Assembly (NCBI GenBank): GCA_031412115.1
Contig: JANOCJ010000363.1
Span: 1-37,051 of the forward strand
Direction: 5' to 3'
Source of the DNA: Flavobacteriales bacterium
Lineage (GTDB): Bacteria > Bacteroidota > Bacteroidia > CAMBQF01
DNA: 37,051 nucleotides
In this document: piece after piece, positions 15,291-25,183 of the stretch
Position numbering within the stretch: the first letter of the stretch is position 1
Layout: every line of letters begins with the position of its first letter
Made by a program: the position numbers and the translations under genes
Notes under the pieces: model-generated
Database searches by the model: none
The model's input: only the letters and a program-made list of their open reading frames with translations
Told to the model about the DNA's origin: nothing

Positions 15291-18029
15291 CTACAGTTTC
15301 CCTATATCAAACGTATACGATACGTAGTAAGTGCTGCCAATAAGCGGTCCGCCACCGGCTTGCACCTTGCGGTTGTTGTAAATATTTGAGCCGCCAATGC
15401 GGATAACAGAATACGCTTTAGGCAGTTTGTAGCTTAACTGTAAATCCATCCAATGGTTGGCAGGCACATCAACACCTGTTGGTACAACGGCTGCGGTAAA
15501 AGCGCTTTGCCATTTAAAAGCATCCATCCATTTCCAGTTGGCAGAAAACCCAATGCCCTTCCATATATTATCAATATTAACACCAATATTTACTTTGTGC
15601 GGAGGGGTATTGAAACCGGCAACCAAATTATCATTCAGGCCGGCGGTATCAACTTTGGTGTATGCATAGTTGGCATATACCGAGTTGCCTACGCCCCAAT
15701 AATAGGTAAGCGAAGCTGTTCCGCCATACGATGGCACGTCTGATTTTGAGTTGGTAGCAATGTTATATGTTTTGTACTGGCGGGCGTTAATAGCAGCTAC
15801 ACCGGTAGCATCATCTACATCGCCAACGTTAGGTTCTACACAACGTATAAGGCCGATGAAGTTTTTGTATACGCCATAAAATGCGTTTACATCTAAATAC
15901 AAGCCCTCAGTTATATTAGCGCGGTAGCCAATTTCAGCCATTTGCAGGTTCTCGGGTTTCACAGGGTCAAGCACAATTGGTTTTAGCAATGCAGTATTGG
16001 TATTGCCTCCCGCTTGATATGCGGCAACCGATGATGCCGTGTACAGGTTATCGTACCCTGTAATGTTGCCCCTTACTATAAAGGCACCCACGTTAAGCAA
16101 AAAGTATTGGTCGTTTAAGCTAGGTGTGCGAAAAGCCGACTGTGCTGATAAACGAATGTTATGTTTACCCAATGTTAAACTGGCCGAAAAACGCGGTGAA
16201 TACTGCATATCATAGTTCTGGCTTTTATCTAAACGGAACGATGCATCAAGCTTCAATTTGTTTCTCCACAGGCTTTTTGAAAGCTGAACATAGCCGCCCA
16301 TTTCGTTGTACGATATGTTGCGGTACGTGCCATCTTGCTGCAAGGTATCGGCAAACAGGCGGCCTTGGGTGCGCGGTATATAGCGGCGGAACATAGCGCC
16401 CACACCTACGTTTACAATTTTGTTTTTGTAGTTGTACTGGCCATCAACCTGCCAAACCGATGAGTTGCTAATGTATTTAGAACCTACCGGGCGGTTAGTG
16501 CTTGATATGGTTGAGTTAAACAAGGCATCAAATTTCTCTGTGCCGGGTTGTGCCCATGTACCGGCAGCAGCACTGGTGGCGCCGGTTTGTGCTGCGGTAA
16601 TATCGCCAGCGGTAACGCCATTTGCAAAGCCATTGGATGCTGTACTGATGTTATTAATATAATTTAACAAATATGCCGAATTATAAGTGCCTACCTGTTG
16701 CTGGCCCATGCTAAGACCGGTAAGGGCAAGGTCGTAAGTGTTTACAACATTATCAGTATTAATAAAGCCTTTAATAAAAAAGTTGCTTCCCTTCAACTCC
16801 AGCTTATGCTGGTTAAAGGTAAAATCTTTAAAAAACGCCCTATTGTTGCCTTGGTATATGGCCGATGACTGGCTGAATTTATAGATATAGCTTACCTCCA
16901 AACTATCGGTAATTTTATAATAAACCGCCGGGCTAATTTTGAAAGAATAGGTAGTTGGCTCAGGCACCAAATCGCTCTCATTATAACCTTGTATAAAGTA
17001 TGAAACTGCTGTGCCGGGCAAGGCATTACTGTTGCCTTGGGTATAGGTAACAAAACTATCTATTTGTGCCTGTAATGCCGGCGACAATGTAGTATCGGCT
17101 GCAAATACGCCCAGTAAATTATTCATGTTTACCGGTGCCCCTTTGCGGGTGCGGTAGTTATTAATCAATGGGTCGGTAGCAATCCACTCTTTAGCCTGAA
17201 AATACGATGCGGTAACCTTAACACCAAAGCGCTGTTTTTTGCCTATTACTTTAGCATAACGGGCTTGCACATCGCCATACGAGCGGTTGCCACCTTTTAA
17301 GCGCACCATCAGGCCTTGCTTATCAAAGGGAGAGAATGACGAAATATTGACAATGCCCTGCATAGCGTTTGGGCCGTACATGGCCGACGATGGGCCCGAT
17401 ACAATCTCAATATTTTTAATATCAATATCGGTAATGCCCAACATGTTGCCGGGAGAGAAATTTAACACGGGCGTAATGCCATCAATACCATCAATTAACT
17501 GCACGGTACGGAAAGGTGAGGTAGAGTTAAAGCCACGGGTATTAAACATTTTTAAGCCAAAGCTGGTATTTACCACATCAACGCCGGGCAGGTTGCCCAT
17601 AGATTGGTAAAAATCGCCGGAGGCAGAACCTTGTATAGCACGCGAATCTATCTTGTAAATAGTAACGGGCGATTCAAAAATATTTTCAGACAAACGAGAA
17701 CCGGTAACAACAACGGTAGAGGTTAAATACGCACCTTGTATAAGTTTTAGCGTAAGCACACTGCCGGGTTTGGCTTTCAGCATAAGCTTTTCATAGCCTA
17801 AGTGCGAAACCTCAATAGCTACACTATCGCTACCCGAAACGTTTAAGGTAAAACTACCCGAAGCATCGCTAACGGTGCCTTTGCCTTCTTTTTGTGTAAT
17901 TATAACCCCAGGCACAGTTTCGCCCGTTTTATTGTCGGTAATTTTACCGCTAATGGTTTGTTGCCCCATAGCAGTTGTTGCTATAAGTAAATTAACAGCC
18001 AGTAATAATAAGACGTAAAGTTTCCTCAT
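15291..18029 (-). CDS. TonB-dependent receptor with N-terminal CarboxypepD_reg-like domain
   Basis: The tracked ORF runs to 18149. The ATG at 18029 gives MRKLYVLLLLAVNLLIATTAMGQQ, a clean signal peptide. This is followed by ISGKITDNKTGETVPGVII, a plug region and a large barrel. Confidence 0.9.
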   Translation of the reverse strand: MRKLYVLLLLAVNLLIATTAMGQQTISGKITDNKTGETVPGVIITQKEGKGTVSDASGSFTLNVSGSDSVAIEVSHLGYEKLMLKAKPGSVLTLKLIQGAYLTSTVVVTGSRLSENIFESPVTIYKIDSRAIQGSASGDFYQSMGNLPGVDVVNTSFGLKMFNTRGFNSTSPFRTVQLIDGIDGITPVLNFSPGNMLGITDIDIKNIEIVSGPSSAMYGPNAMQGIVNISSFSPFDKQGLMVRLKGGNRSYGDVQARYAKVIGKKQRFGVKVTASYFQAKEWIATDPLINNYRTRKGAPVNMNNLLGVFAADTTLSPALQAQIDSFVTYTQGNSNALPGTAVSYFIQGYNESDLVPEPTTYSFKISPAVYYKITDSLEVSYIYKFSQSSAIYQGNNRAFFKDFTFNQHKLELKGSNFFIKGFINTDNVVNTYDLALTGLSMGQQQVGTYNSAYLLNYINNISTASNGFANGVTAGDITAAQTGATSAAAGTWAQPGTEKFDALFNSTISSTNRPVGSKYISNSSVWQVDGQYNYKNKIVNVGVGAMFRRYIPRTQGRLFADTLQQDGTYRNISYNEMGGYVQLSKSLWRNKLKLDASFRLDKSQNYDMQYSPRFSASLTLGKHNIRLSAQSAFRTPSLNDQYFLLNVGAFIVRGNITGYDNLYTASSVAAYQAGGNTNTALLKPIVLDPVKPENLQMAEIGYRANITEGLYLDVNAFYGVYKNFIGLIRCVEPNVGDVDDATGVAAINARQYKTYNIATNSKSDVPSYGGTASLTYYWGVGNSVYANYAYTKVDTAGLNDNLVAGFNTPPHKVNIGVNIDNIWKGIGFSANWKWMDAFKWQSAFTAAVVPTGVDVPANHWMDLQLSYKLPKAYSVIRIGGSNIYNNRKVQAGGGPLIGSTYYVSYTFDIGKL

Positions 18030-18047
18030 CGTGATGATATTTTTAGG

Positions 18048-18055
18048 TATTTTTG
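18048..18055 (+). promoter_or_regulatory. Candidate -7 box (TAnnTTTG) for the plus-strand biosynthetic operon
   Basis: TATTTTTG lies 42 nt upstream of the ATG at 18097, inside the 67 bp divergent region shared with the TonB-dependent receptor gene. Confidence 0.3.
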
Positions 18056-18096
18056 CGTAAATATGTAAAAGATATTCCACCCGCAAAACAAACAGT

Positions 18097-19818
18097 ATGT
18101 TATCTATTGAGAATGTGCCAGACACTACGTTTAAACTACTGATTAGCACGGCTTTAAAATTTCCGGATAAAATAGCGCTTACAGGCCGTTATAAAGGCGA
18201 AGAGGTATCATACACCTATAGCAAGCTGGTTGAGCTTGCCAAAGCATGTGCTTGCGGCTTACTGGGTTTAGGCCTTAAAAAAGGCGACCATATTGGCATT
18301 ATTACCAACAATAGGGCTGAGTGGTATATATTGGATTTGGCCTCATCGCAACTGGGCATAATTAACGTTACATTATTCCCAAATTACGATGCCCCGGCAC
18401 TAAAACATATATTAACAGATGCAGGAATAAGCTACCTTTTTGTAGCTAATAATTTGCTGTATAAAATGGCAAAACCCGCCCTGCAAGGCGTAAATGGCAT
18501 AAAGGGCATAGTATCGTTTGATGAAGCACCCGATTGTATTCCGTTTAATACCTTGTTAAACAACCCCGCAAACGAGCAATACTCTGCCGAGGTGGAGAAA
18601 ATAAGCAGCACTATAAAGTCTGATGATGTGTATTGCATTTTCTACACATCGGGCACGGGTGGCAACCCCAAAGGGGTTACAACTATGCACAAGGGCATTT
18701 GTTCGGCAGCTGTGTCTATGGGCGCAGCACTGGGGCTTACCGAAAAAGATAAAGCCATTGGCTTCCTTTCCATATCGCACGCGTATGAGCGCGGCCACAA
18801 TTTTGCCTATATGCACTATGGCACCGAAATTTACATTGGCGATATGACCAACGGCCCCATGGAAAATATTGCTAATGCCCAGCCTTCGGTATTTGCATCG
18901 GTACCGTTGATGCTTGAGCGTATTTATGGCGGTATAACAGCCAATGACGTAAATGATGAGGCAGGCAAAAAAGCCTTGGATTTGGCCATTAACTACGAAT
19001 TTGGCGATGAAGAAAAGCCAGAATTTATTGAGGCCCAAAAGAATTATTTTGATAGCTGGAAAAGTAAATTCGGCGCTAATATGCGGGTACTATCGTGTGC
19101 CGGTGCGCCGCTTCCTGCATGGCTTGCACGCTTTTACTGGGCTATAGGTTTGCCTATTTATGAGGTGTACGGCTTAAGCGAATGTTTTTCATTAACCTAT
19201 GGCCGTGGCCGCGAGTATACTAAGTTTGGAACTGTTGGTGCCGTAGCCGAATGGGCCGAAGTAAAAATTGTCGAGGATGGAGAAATACTCTTCCGCGGGC
19301 CTTTTACCATGAAGGGTTTTCATAACCTGCCCGAATATACCAAGCAGGTGTTGGAAGAAGATGGCTGGTTTCACACAGGTGATTTGGGCGAATGGGTTGA
19401 CAAAAAATTTGTGCGCATAACAGGCCGCAAAAAAGATATTTTCAAGGTATCGTCGGGCTACTATGTACACCCACCGCTGGTTGAAGATAAAGTAAATGCT
19501 TCGCCGTATATTGCACGCAGCATAGCGTTTGACCGTGGCGCACGTATTGGGTTAATTGTACAGCCTGAATATGAGTTGCTGGCAAACGAACTGGGCATTG
19601 ATGCAGCAACATTGGCAACGCCGCAACATACAGGCTTGGTGCTAAATAAAATACAGGCCGAGGTAGATAAATATTACAACACTTACGTAATGGAAGCAGA
19701 GCGTATTGCTGAATATTTTATCGACCCAAAACCTTGGACAGTAGAGGGTGGCGAGCTTACGCCCACCATGAAAATTAAACGCGAAATAGTAATTAAAAAT
19801 TTAGAAACAATTAAGTAA
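18097..19818 (+). CDS. AMP-dependent acyl-CoA/acyl-ACP ligase (long-chain fatty acid ligase-like, ANL superfamily)
   Basis: 573 aa. It has the AMP-binding core motif IFYTSGTGGNPKGV plus YGLSE, GWFHTGDLG and the C-terminal LTPTMKIKR. Confidence 0.9.
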   Translation: MLSIENVPDTTFKLLISTALKFPDKIALTGRYKGEEVSYTYSKLVELAKACACGLLGLGLKKGDHIGIITNNRAEWYILDLASSQLGIINVTLFPNYDAPALKHILTDAGISYLFVANNLLYKMAKPALQGVNGIKGIVSFDEAPDCIPFNTLLNNPANEQYSAEVEKISSTIKSDDVYCIFYTSGTGGNPKGVTTMHKGICSAAVSMGAALGLTEKDKAIGFLSISHAYERGHNFAYMHYGTEIYIGDMTNGPMENIANAQPSVFASVPLMLERIYGGITANDVNDEAGKKALDLAINYEFGDEEKPEFIEAQKNYFDSWKSKFGANMRVLSCAGAPLPAWLARFYWAIGLPIYEVYGLSECFSLTYGRGREYTKFGTVGAVAEWAEVKIVEDGEILFRGPFTMKGFHNLPEYTKQVLEEDGWFHTGDLGEWVDKKFVRITGRKKDIFKVSSGYYVHPPLVEDKVNASPYIARSIAFDRGARIGLIVQPEYELLANELGIDAATLATPQHTGLVLNKIQAEVDKYYNTYVMEAERIAEYFIDPKPWTVEGGELTPTMKIKREIVIKNLETIK

Positions 19819-19819
19819 G

Positions 19820-20062
19820 ATGATATATAGCGAAGACAAATTTTTACGCCGCATTGAAGAAGAATTTACCGAGATAAAACCGGGCTCATTAACACCCGAA
19901 TCATCTATGCCAAAAATTATTGAGTGGAACTCAATGAACGTGTTATTATTCCTGGCATTTATATCAGAAGACACCGGCGTGCGCGCCAACTACGATGAGG
20001 TAAAACAGTTTGATACCTTGCACGACTTATATTTATTTTTAGGCGAAAGGGTTACAGCCTAA
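19820..20062 (+). CDS. Putative acyl carrier protein-like small protein
   Basis: 80 aa, acidic, placed between the ligase and KAS III with 1-2 nt gaps. The candidate phosphopantetheine Ser is in EWNSMNVLLFLAFI, where canonical ACPs have DSL/DSM. The assignment rests on position, size and a weak motif only. Confidence 0.5.
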   Translation: MIYSEDKFLRRIEEEFTEIKPGSLTPESSMPKIIEWNSMNVLLFLAFISEDTGVRANYDEVKQFDTLHDLYLFLGERVTA

Positions 20063-20064
20063 CA

Positions 20065-21120
20065 ATGGCTTTATTCAAGGTAAATAACATACGCATTGCA
20101 GGCATTGCAGCAACAGTGCCCAAACGTATTATGTCTAACCTCGACTATGATTTTGTAAGCGAAGAAGAGCGCCAAAAAATTGTTAAAATAACCGGTGTTC
20201 AGGAAAAACGCCGTGCCGACGAAGGTGTTACCGCATCCGACTTATGCATAAAATCGGCCAAAAAGCTGATGGATGATTTGGGCTGGCAGCCCGAAGATGT
20301 GGACGTTTTGGTATTTGTTAGCCAAAGCCGCGATTATATTTTACCCAATACCGCACACCATATACAAGCCCAGCTGGGCCTGCCTAAAACTTGCGCTGCA
20401 TTTGATATTCCGTTGGGTTGCTCAGGGTATGTATACGGGCTTTTTGCCGCCGCAAATACTATGGCAGCGGGCGGGATTAAAAAAGGATTATTCCTTGCGG
20501 GAGAAACACCGCACTTTGTAGTATCAGAAAGGGATAAAGCATCGCACCCATTGTTTGGCGATGCAGGCACAGCTACTGCGCTTGAGTCTAGCCAAGGGGC
20601 ACCTACCATGTATTTTAACCTGCAAAGCGATGGCAGCGGCCTGCAAAGCCTATATGTACCGGGCGGTGGTACACGCTTACCGTTAACCGAAGAAAATAGT
20701 GTAGAAGAAAAAATTAGCGAGGGCATTTACCGTTCAGCAAAACATTTGGTGATAGACGGGGTAAAAGTGTTTGAATTTACCATGCGCGAAGTGCCTGACA
20801 ATGCTACTGCTTTGCTTAACTATGCGGGCAAAAGCACAGATGATGTTGACTGGTTTGTAATGCACCAGGCCAACCTATTGATGATGGAAACGGCGCGCAA
20901 AATTTTACGCATACCAACTGATAAAACCCCCTACTCTATCCGCAACTTTGGCAACACCAGTTCAGCCTCCATCCCACTAACCATTGTAACACAAATTAGT
21001 GCCAATGTATCGTCAGGTAAAAGCAATTGGTTACTTTCGGGCTTTGGTACGGGCTTATCGTGGGGCAGTTGCTATATAGAAACCGGCCCCGTTTACTGCC
21101 CGCCGTTAATTGAATATTAG
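20065..21120 (+). CDS. 3-oxoacyl-ACP synthase III (KAS III / FabH-like)
   Basis: 351 aa. The Cys-His-Asn triad contexts are present: LGCSGYVYG, VMHQANLLM and FGNTSSASIP. Confidence 0.9.
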   Translation: MALFKVNNIRIAGIAATVPKRIMSNLDYDFVSEEERQKIVKITGVQEKRRADEGVTASDLCIKSAKKLMDDLGWQPEDVDVLVFVSQSRDYILPNTAHHIQAQLGLPKTCAAFDIPLGCSGYVYGLFAAANTMAAGGIKKGLFLAGETPHFVVSERDKASHPLFGDAGTATALESSQGAPTMYFNLQSDGSGLQSLYVPGGGTRLPLTEENSVEEKISEGIYRSAKHLVIDGVKVFEFTMREVPDNATALLNYAGKSTDDVDWFVMHQANLLMMETARKILRIPTDKTPYSIRNFGNTSSASIPLTIVTQISANVSSGKSNWLLSGFGTGLSWGSCYIETGPVYCPPLIEY

Positions 21121-21949
21121 GCATTTGGAAACGCTCTCGCTATCTATCGTAATACCCGCTTTTAATACAGGCGCACAGCTAAGTGATTTGGTTGATTCGC
21201 TAACGGTATTCTTCCAAAATAAATTAAATTTTGAGGTAATTATTGTTGATGATTCAGGCAATGAAAATATCCTTTCCTTTAATCACCCTTCTATAAAATA
21301 CTTTAAGCTAAAAAACAACTACGGGCAGCATTTAGCAACGTATTACGGCATTTTGCAAGCCAAAGGCCAGCATATTTTAACACTAGATGATGATGTAATT
21401 TTGCCGGAGCAAAAGCTGGAAATTATAGCATCACGCCTTAACGAGCCTAACGATTTACAGTATTTTGTAAATGATGATTACAACGAAACCGATAAAATAA
21501 AATTTGCCATTATTAAAAATTTCTTTCGCTTTGCATTGTTCCGTACACCACCAAAATATGGCACATCGCAACGGTTGTTTACACACGAATTAGCACAAAA
21601 AATAATAGCACAAAAATACCGCTATATATACTTTGACGCCTTGCTTATGCTTCAATCTGAAAGTAAAACGCATTGTATAAATTATATTGCCAAAAACAAA
21701 TCGCCCGAACTAAAAAACAGGTATAGCCTGTCTAACCGCCTGTTTCTTCTTACCAATTCGTATTTGTTTTACACGCCGCTTGTTGCACAAATTGCATATT
21801 TATGGCTTATAATAGGCGTATGTTTATTAGCCTTTTACGCTACCCCCATTATAGGCTTGTTATTTATTTTTATCTTTATGCTAGCTGCACTATTCACTGT
21901 TTGGGGTTATACAACAGTAGTTACAGCCAATGATATTGAAACGGCATGA
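21110..21949 (+). CDS. Family 2 glycosyltransferase with C-terminal TM helices (polyprenyl-phosphate glycosyltransferase-like)
   Basis: 279 aa with LSIVIPAFN, IIVDDSGNE and LTLDDDV, plus two C-terminal hydrophobic helices. The start is TTG at 21110 or 21125; no ATG is available. Confidence 0.82.
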   Translation: MNIRHLETLSLSIVIPAFNTGAQLSDLVDSLTVFFQNKLNFEVIIVDDSGNENILSFNHPSIKYFKLKNNYGQHLATYYGILQAKGQHILTLDDDVILPEQKLEIIASRLNEPNDLQYFVNDDYNETDKIKFAIIKNFFRFALFRTPPKYGTSQRLFTHELAQKIIAQKYRYIYFDALLMLQSESKTHCINYIAKNKSPELKNRYSLSNRLFLLTNSYLFYTPLVAQIAYLWLIIGVCLLAFYATPIIGLLFIFIFMLAALFTVWGYTTVVTANDIETA

Positions 21950-22575
21950 CGATAGACCTTTACAACATAAAATATACGTTAATTACTGAAGATGATTTAG
22001 AGAAGCTACGCCAATGGCGCAATAGTGAGTATGTACGCTCTAAAATGTTATTTCAAAAAACCATTACACCCGAGGCGCAACTTAACTGGTATAACAGCCT
22101 TGACAAAAGCAAAAATTTCTACTTTATCATATCATCAGGCGGTGTAGAACTGGGCATGTCTAACATCAAAAACATTAATTACGAGAATAAAACCACCGAG
22201 CCAGGCATTTTTTTTATTGACGAAAAATTTTCAAATGGCGAGTTTTCCATCAATTGCGCATTAATAATGATTGAAATATCACTTTACTTTTTTGGGGCCA
22301 AGGAGCTACACTCTATGGCTATGAAAGACAATAAACCGGGCTTTGATTTTAACACCACATTGGGCTTTTTGCCAACGCAAGACCATGCAGACTATGTGGA
22401 TTTTACGCTAACGCGCGAAAATGGGCTAAAAACTACCCAACGCATACGCAAAGCGTTTGCCAAATTGTACAAAACAAGCCCCGATGAAAAGTTGAAAATA
22501 TCTATTGGCAATAACCCTTTTTTGCAACAGGTTTATAATAACTTAGCCGACAAAGAAAATATAGCTTTATGCTAG
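21946..22575 (+). CDS. GNAT N-acetyltransferase, PseH-like
   Basis: 209 aa. LRQWRNSEYVRSKM and the following pattern resemble the PseH-type aminosugar N-acetyltransferase signature. Its start overlaps the upstream stop in an ATGA arrangement. Confidence 0.72.
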   Translation: MTIDLYNIKYTLITEDDLEKLRQWRNSEYVRSKMLFQKTITPEAQLNWYNSLDKSKNFYFIISSGGVELGMSNIKNINYENKTTEPGIFFIDEKFSNGEFSINCALIMIEISLYFFGAKELHSMAMKDNKPGFDFNTTLGFLPTQDHADYVDFTLTRENGLKTTQRIRKAFAKLYKTSPDEKLKISIGNNPFLQQVYNNLADKENIALC

Positions 22576-23339
22576 CTAAAGAAGACTTTATACTGACCAT
22601 ACTGGAGCGCGGCTTTTACCTTGCCAAAAACGTTTTAACGCCCGATTTTGCTAAGCAACTGGCGGCGCATTTAGAAAATAGCATTGAGAAAGAAAATGCT
22701 TTTCACCAAGGGAAAGACCACCCTACTTTTGGGGCCTTACTTAATACTGCATTGTATGGCGGGCCTTTTTTAGACTTGTTGGAAAATGAAAATTTTGTCC
22801 AACCATTTAAGTGGTTTATTGCCGATAATTGCATTATTTATTCCTATTCATCGGCATCGGTGCCGCCAAATAGTAAAATATACACAGCCCGCATCCACGT
22901 TGATTCGCACAGAAAATCGACCGACCACCGTTTGGTGCTTGGGGCTATGGTTTTTTTAACAGGTTTTACTGAAGAGAATGGCTCGCCATATTACTTAGCA
23001 GGTTCACACAAAACAGCAGAGAAGCCGGATGAGGAATATTTTTACAAAAATGCCGATAAAATAGTGGGCGAAGCGGGCGATATATTTTATTTTGACCCCT
23101 TAGTTTGGCACACCGGCAGCTACAACGAAACTAATGATTGGCGCCATGCGCTAACCATAGGCTTTTGCGAGCCTTGGATGAAACAGCGCTTTGATTTCCC
23201 GCGAGTTTTAACCCAAAACGGATTGGATAAAACGATGACAGAAAACCAAAAACATTTACTTGGTTTTTATTCGCAGCCGCCCGTTACCTACGACGATTTT
23301 TATCAAAACACTTACCGATATAACCAAAAGATAGCTTAG
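22569..23339 (+). CDS. Phytanoyl-CoA dioxygenase (PhyH) family Fe(II)/2-oxoglutarate oxygenase
   Basis: 256 aa with IHVDSH (HxD), a distal His in LVWHTGSYN and a downstream Arg (WRHAL). Confidence 0.72.
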   Translation: MLAKEDFILTILERGFYLAKNVLTPDFAKQLAAHLENSIEKENAFHQGKDHPTFGALLNTALYGGPFLDLLENENFVQPFKWFIADNCIIYSYSSASVPPNSKIYTARIHVDSHRKSTDHRLVLGAMVFLTGFTEENGSPYYLAGSHKTAEKPDEEYFYKNADKIVGEAGDIFYFDPLVWHTGSYNETNDWRHALTIGFCEPWMKQRFDFPRVLTQNGLDKTMTENQKHLLGFYSQPPVTYDDFYQNTYRYNQKIA

Positions 23340-24319
23340 TGAAGAAAAAGGCGCTAACATTTGCTAAGCTGTTTCGCATTGCCGACTGGTGGAACTACCT
23401 TATTCCGCCAATATTGTGTTTTGTATACATTGGCTGTTTAAATAATACGCTGCCTTTTAAAGAGAGTATTTTGCCCTGTATAGTAATGTTGGTATCATCT
23501 ATAATAACGGCCTCATTCGGGTTTTATATAAACGATTTATTTGATATTAAAGATGATGCGCTGGCCGGCAAACACAACCAAATTGGGCAGCTAAACAGGG
23601 CATACCGCATACCACTGCTAATTATTCTTACACTATTATCTATTGCCCCGTGGCTACTTACCGATATTGATTTGCATATAAAAGCCTTGCTTATTGCACA
23701 ATATGTATTTTTTATAGGCTACTCTGCACCGCCCTTCAGGCTTAAGAAAAACAAGATATTTGCCTTGCTGCTCGACTCATTATACAGCGGTACCTTGTTT
23801 TATATTATTGCCCTGCTGGTAACCAACAATAACAAATACGTACACCCTTATTTAGTGTATGTTTTATTATTCTGCTGGGGATTTTCTAAGGGGTTACGCA
23901 ATATTTTATTACACGTTATTTTAGACAAAGAGAACGATGAAAAAGCAGACACCAAAACGCTTGCAACGCATTTGCCGCTATACAAATTGTTAAATTTTAT
24001 TTCGTACATAATTATACCACTTGAGGTAACATTTTTTGTTTTACTAATGTGGTTTTTGCTACTAAACTCAAAAGCAGCACTGTTTATTATAATTGGCTAT
24101 GGTTGCTTTTTGCTGTACTTACTTGTAAAACCACTGTTTTTAAAAGATAAGCACGGCCTAATTACTTTTTATCGCCTGAACGATTTTTACGAGATAGTTT
24201 TGCCCGGCCTCATACTGCTAATGCTGGCATACACCATAGATTACCGCTACCTGATAATACTGGCTATACATTATATTCTTTTCCCAAGGGTGTTGCTAAA
24301 ATTGAAAAAAGCATTGTAG
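23339..24319 (+). CDS. UbiA-family prenyltransferase (integral membrane)
   Basis: 326 aa with about 8 hydrophobic helices. The first Asp-rich motif is NDLFDIKDD (NDxxDxxxD) and the second is DKENDEKAD. The GTG start overlaps the upstream stop. Confidence 0.8.
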   Translation: MKKKALTFAKLFRIADWWNYLIPPILCFVYIGCLNNTLPFKESILPCIVMLVSSIITASFGFYINDLFDIKDDALAGKHNQIGQLNRAYRIPLLIILTLLSIAPWLLTDIDLHIKALLIAQYVFFIGYSAPPFRLKKNKIFALLLDSLYSGTLFYIIALLVTNNNKYVHPYLVYVLLFCWGFSKGLRNILLHVILDKENDEKADTKTLATHLPLYKLLNFISYIIIPLEVTFFVLLMWFLLLNSKAALFIIIGYGCFLLYLLVKPLFLKDKHGLITFYRLNDFYEIVLPGLILLMLAYTIDYRYLIILAIHYILFPRVLLKLKKAL

Positions 24320-24364
24320 CTACTTTTAAACCTCTGCTGTTTTTAGCTATGTTTGCTGCTGTAG

Positions 24365-25183
24365 ATGAGCAATGGCAACAACATAATTAATGGTTTGTGG
24401 ATAGGCAGCACGCTGTCGTCGCTAGAACTAATTACCATTAACTCATTTATTGCCAACGGCCATACGTTTAAGCTGTGGGCCTACGAACCTATAAAAACTC
24501 CACTACCGCAAGGCGTAGTTATTGCTGATGCTTCGGAAATTATTCCGGCAAGCTATATTTTTAGGTACAAACACAACAACCAGTTTGGCCACGGAAAGAA
24601 TAGCTTGGCAGGATTTTCAGACCTTTTTCGATATAAACTGCTATATGAAAAAGGCGGCTGGTGGGTTGATATGGATGTAACCTGCTTAAAGCCTTTTGAT
24701 TTTGAAGCAGAATATGTTTTTCGTAACCACCATAAGCTGCTAATGGTTGGCAACATTATGAAATGCCCGCAGGGCAGTGAGTTAATGCTACAATGCTACG
24801 AAGAAGCCAAAGGACAGGTTAATGCCGAAAACCGCGACTGGATGTTGCCCATTACGATATTGAATAATAATATTCTAAAACTAAATCTGGAAAAATACAT
24901 TATTGAGCTATCAAATAAAGATAGCTGGTACGATATACGCAACTTTTTCAGGCGAAAATTAAATGCGCCAAACCATTGGTATGCCTTACATTGGAATAAC
25001 GAAGAATTGGGCAGAAACAGCGTAAACAAAGCATCGCACGTGGCAAATTCACTTTACGGTGAGCTTATAAAAAAATACGGCATTCAGAATATATTGCTAA
25101 CCGGAGTTGATGCTGCTAAGTACCGTTTTAAGCTGAGTTTAACCTTTTTTGTGGTTAATTATTTTTACAAACGCTTTCTATAA
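24365..25183 (+). CDS. DXD-motif glycosyltransferase (GT32 / Gly_transf_sug-like)
   Basis: 272 aa. FSDLFRYKLLYEKGGWWVDMDV is the sugar-binding DXD region typical of this family. Confidence 0.72.
   Translation: MSNGNNIINGLWIGSTLSSLELITINSFIANGHTFKLWAYEPIKTPLPQGVVIADASEIIPASYIFRYKHNNQFGHGKNSLAGFSDLFRYKLLYEKGGWWVDMDVTCLKPFDFEAEYVFRNHHKLLMVGNIMKCPQGSELMLQCYEEAKGQVNAENRDWMLPITILNNNILKLNLEKYIIELSNKDSWYDIRNFFRRKLNAPNHWYALHWNNEELGRNSVNKASHVANSLYGELIKKYGIQNILLTGVDAAKYRFKLSLTFFVVNYFYKRFL

Noticed and set aside
18030-18149. 40-codon N-terminal extension of the second TonB-dependent receptor in the ORF track
   Set aside because: The internal Met at 18029 gives a canonical signal peptide. The extension would also overlap the divergent ligase gene start and its promoter region.
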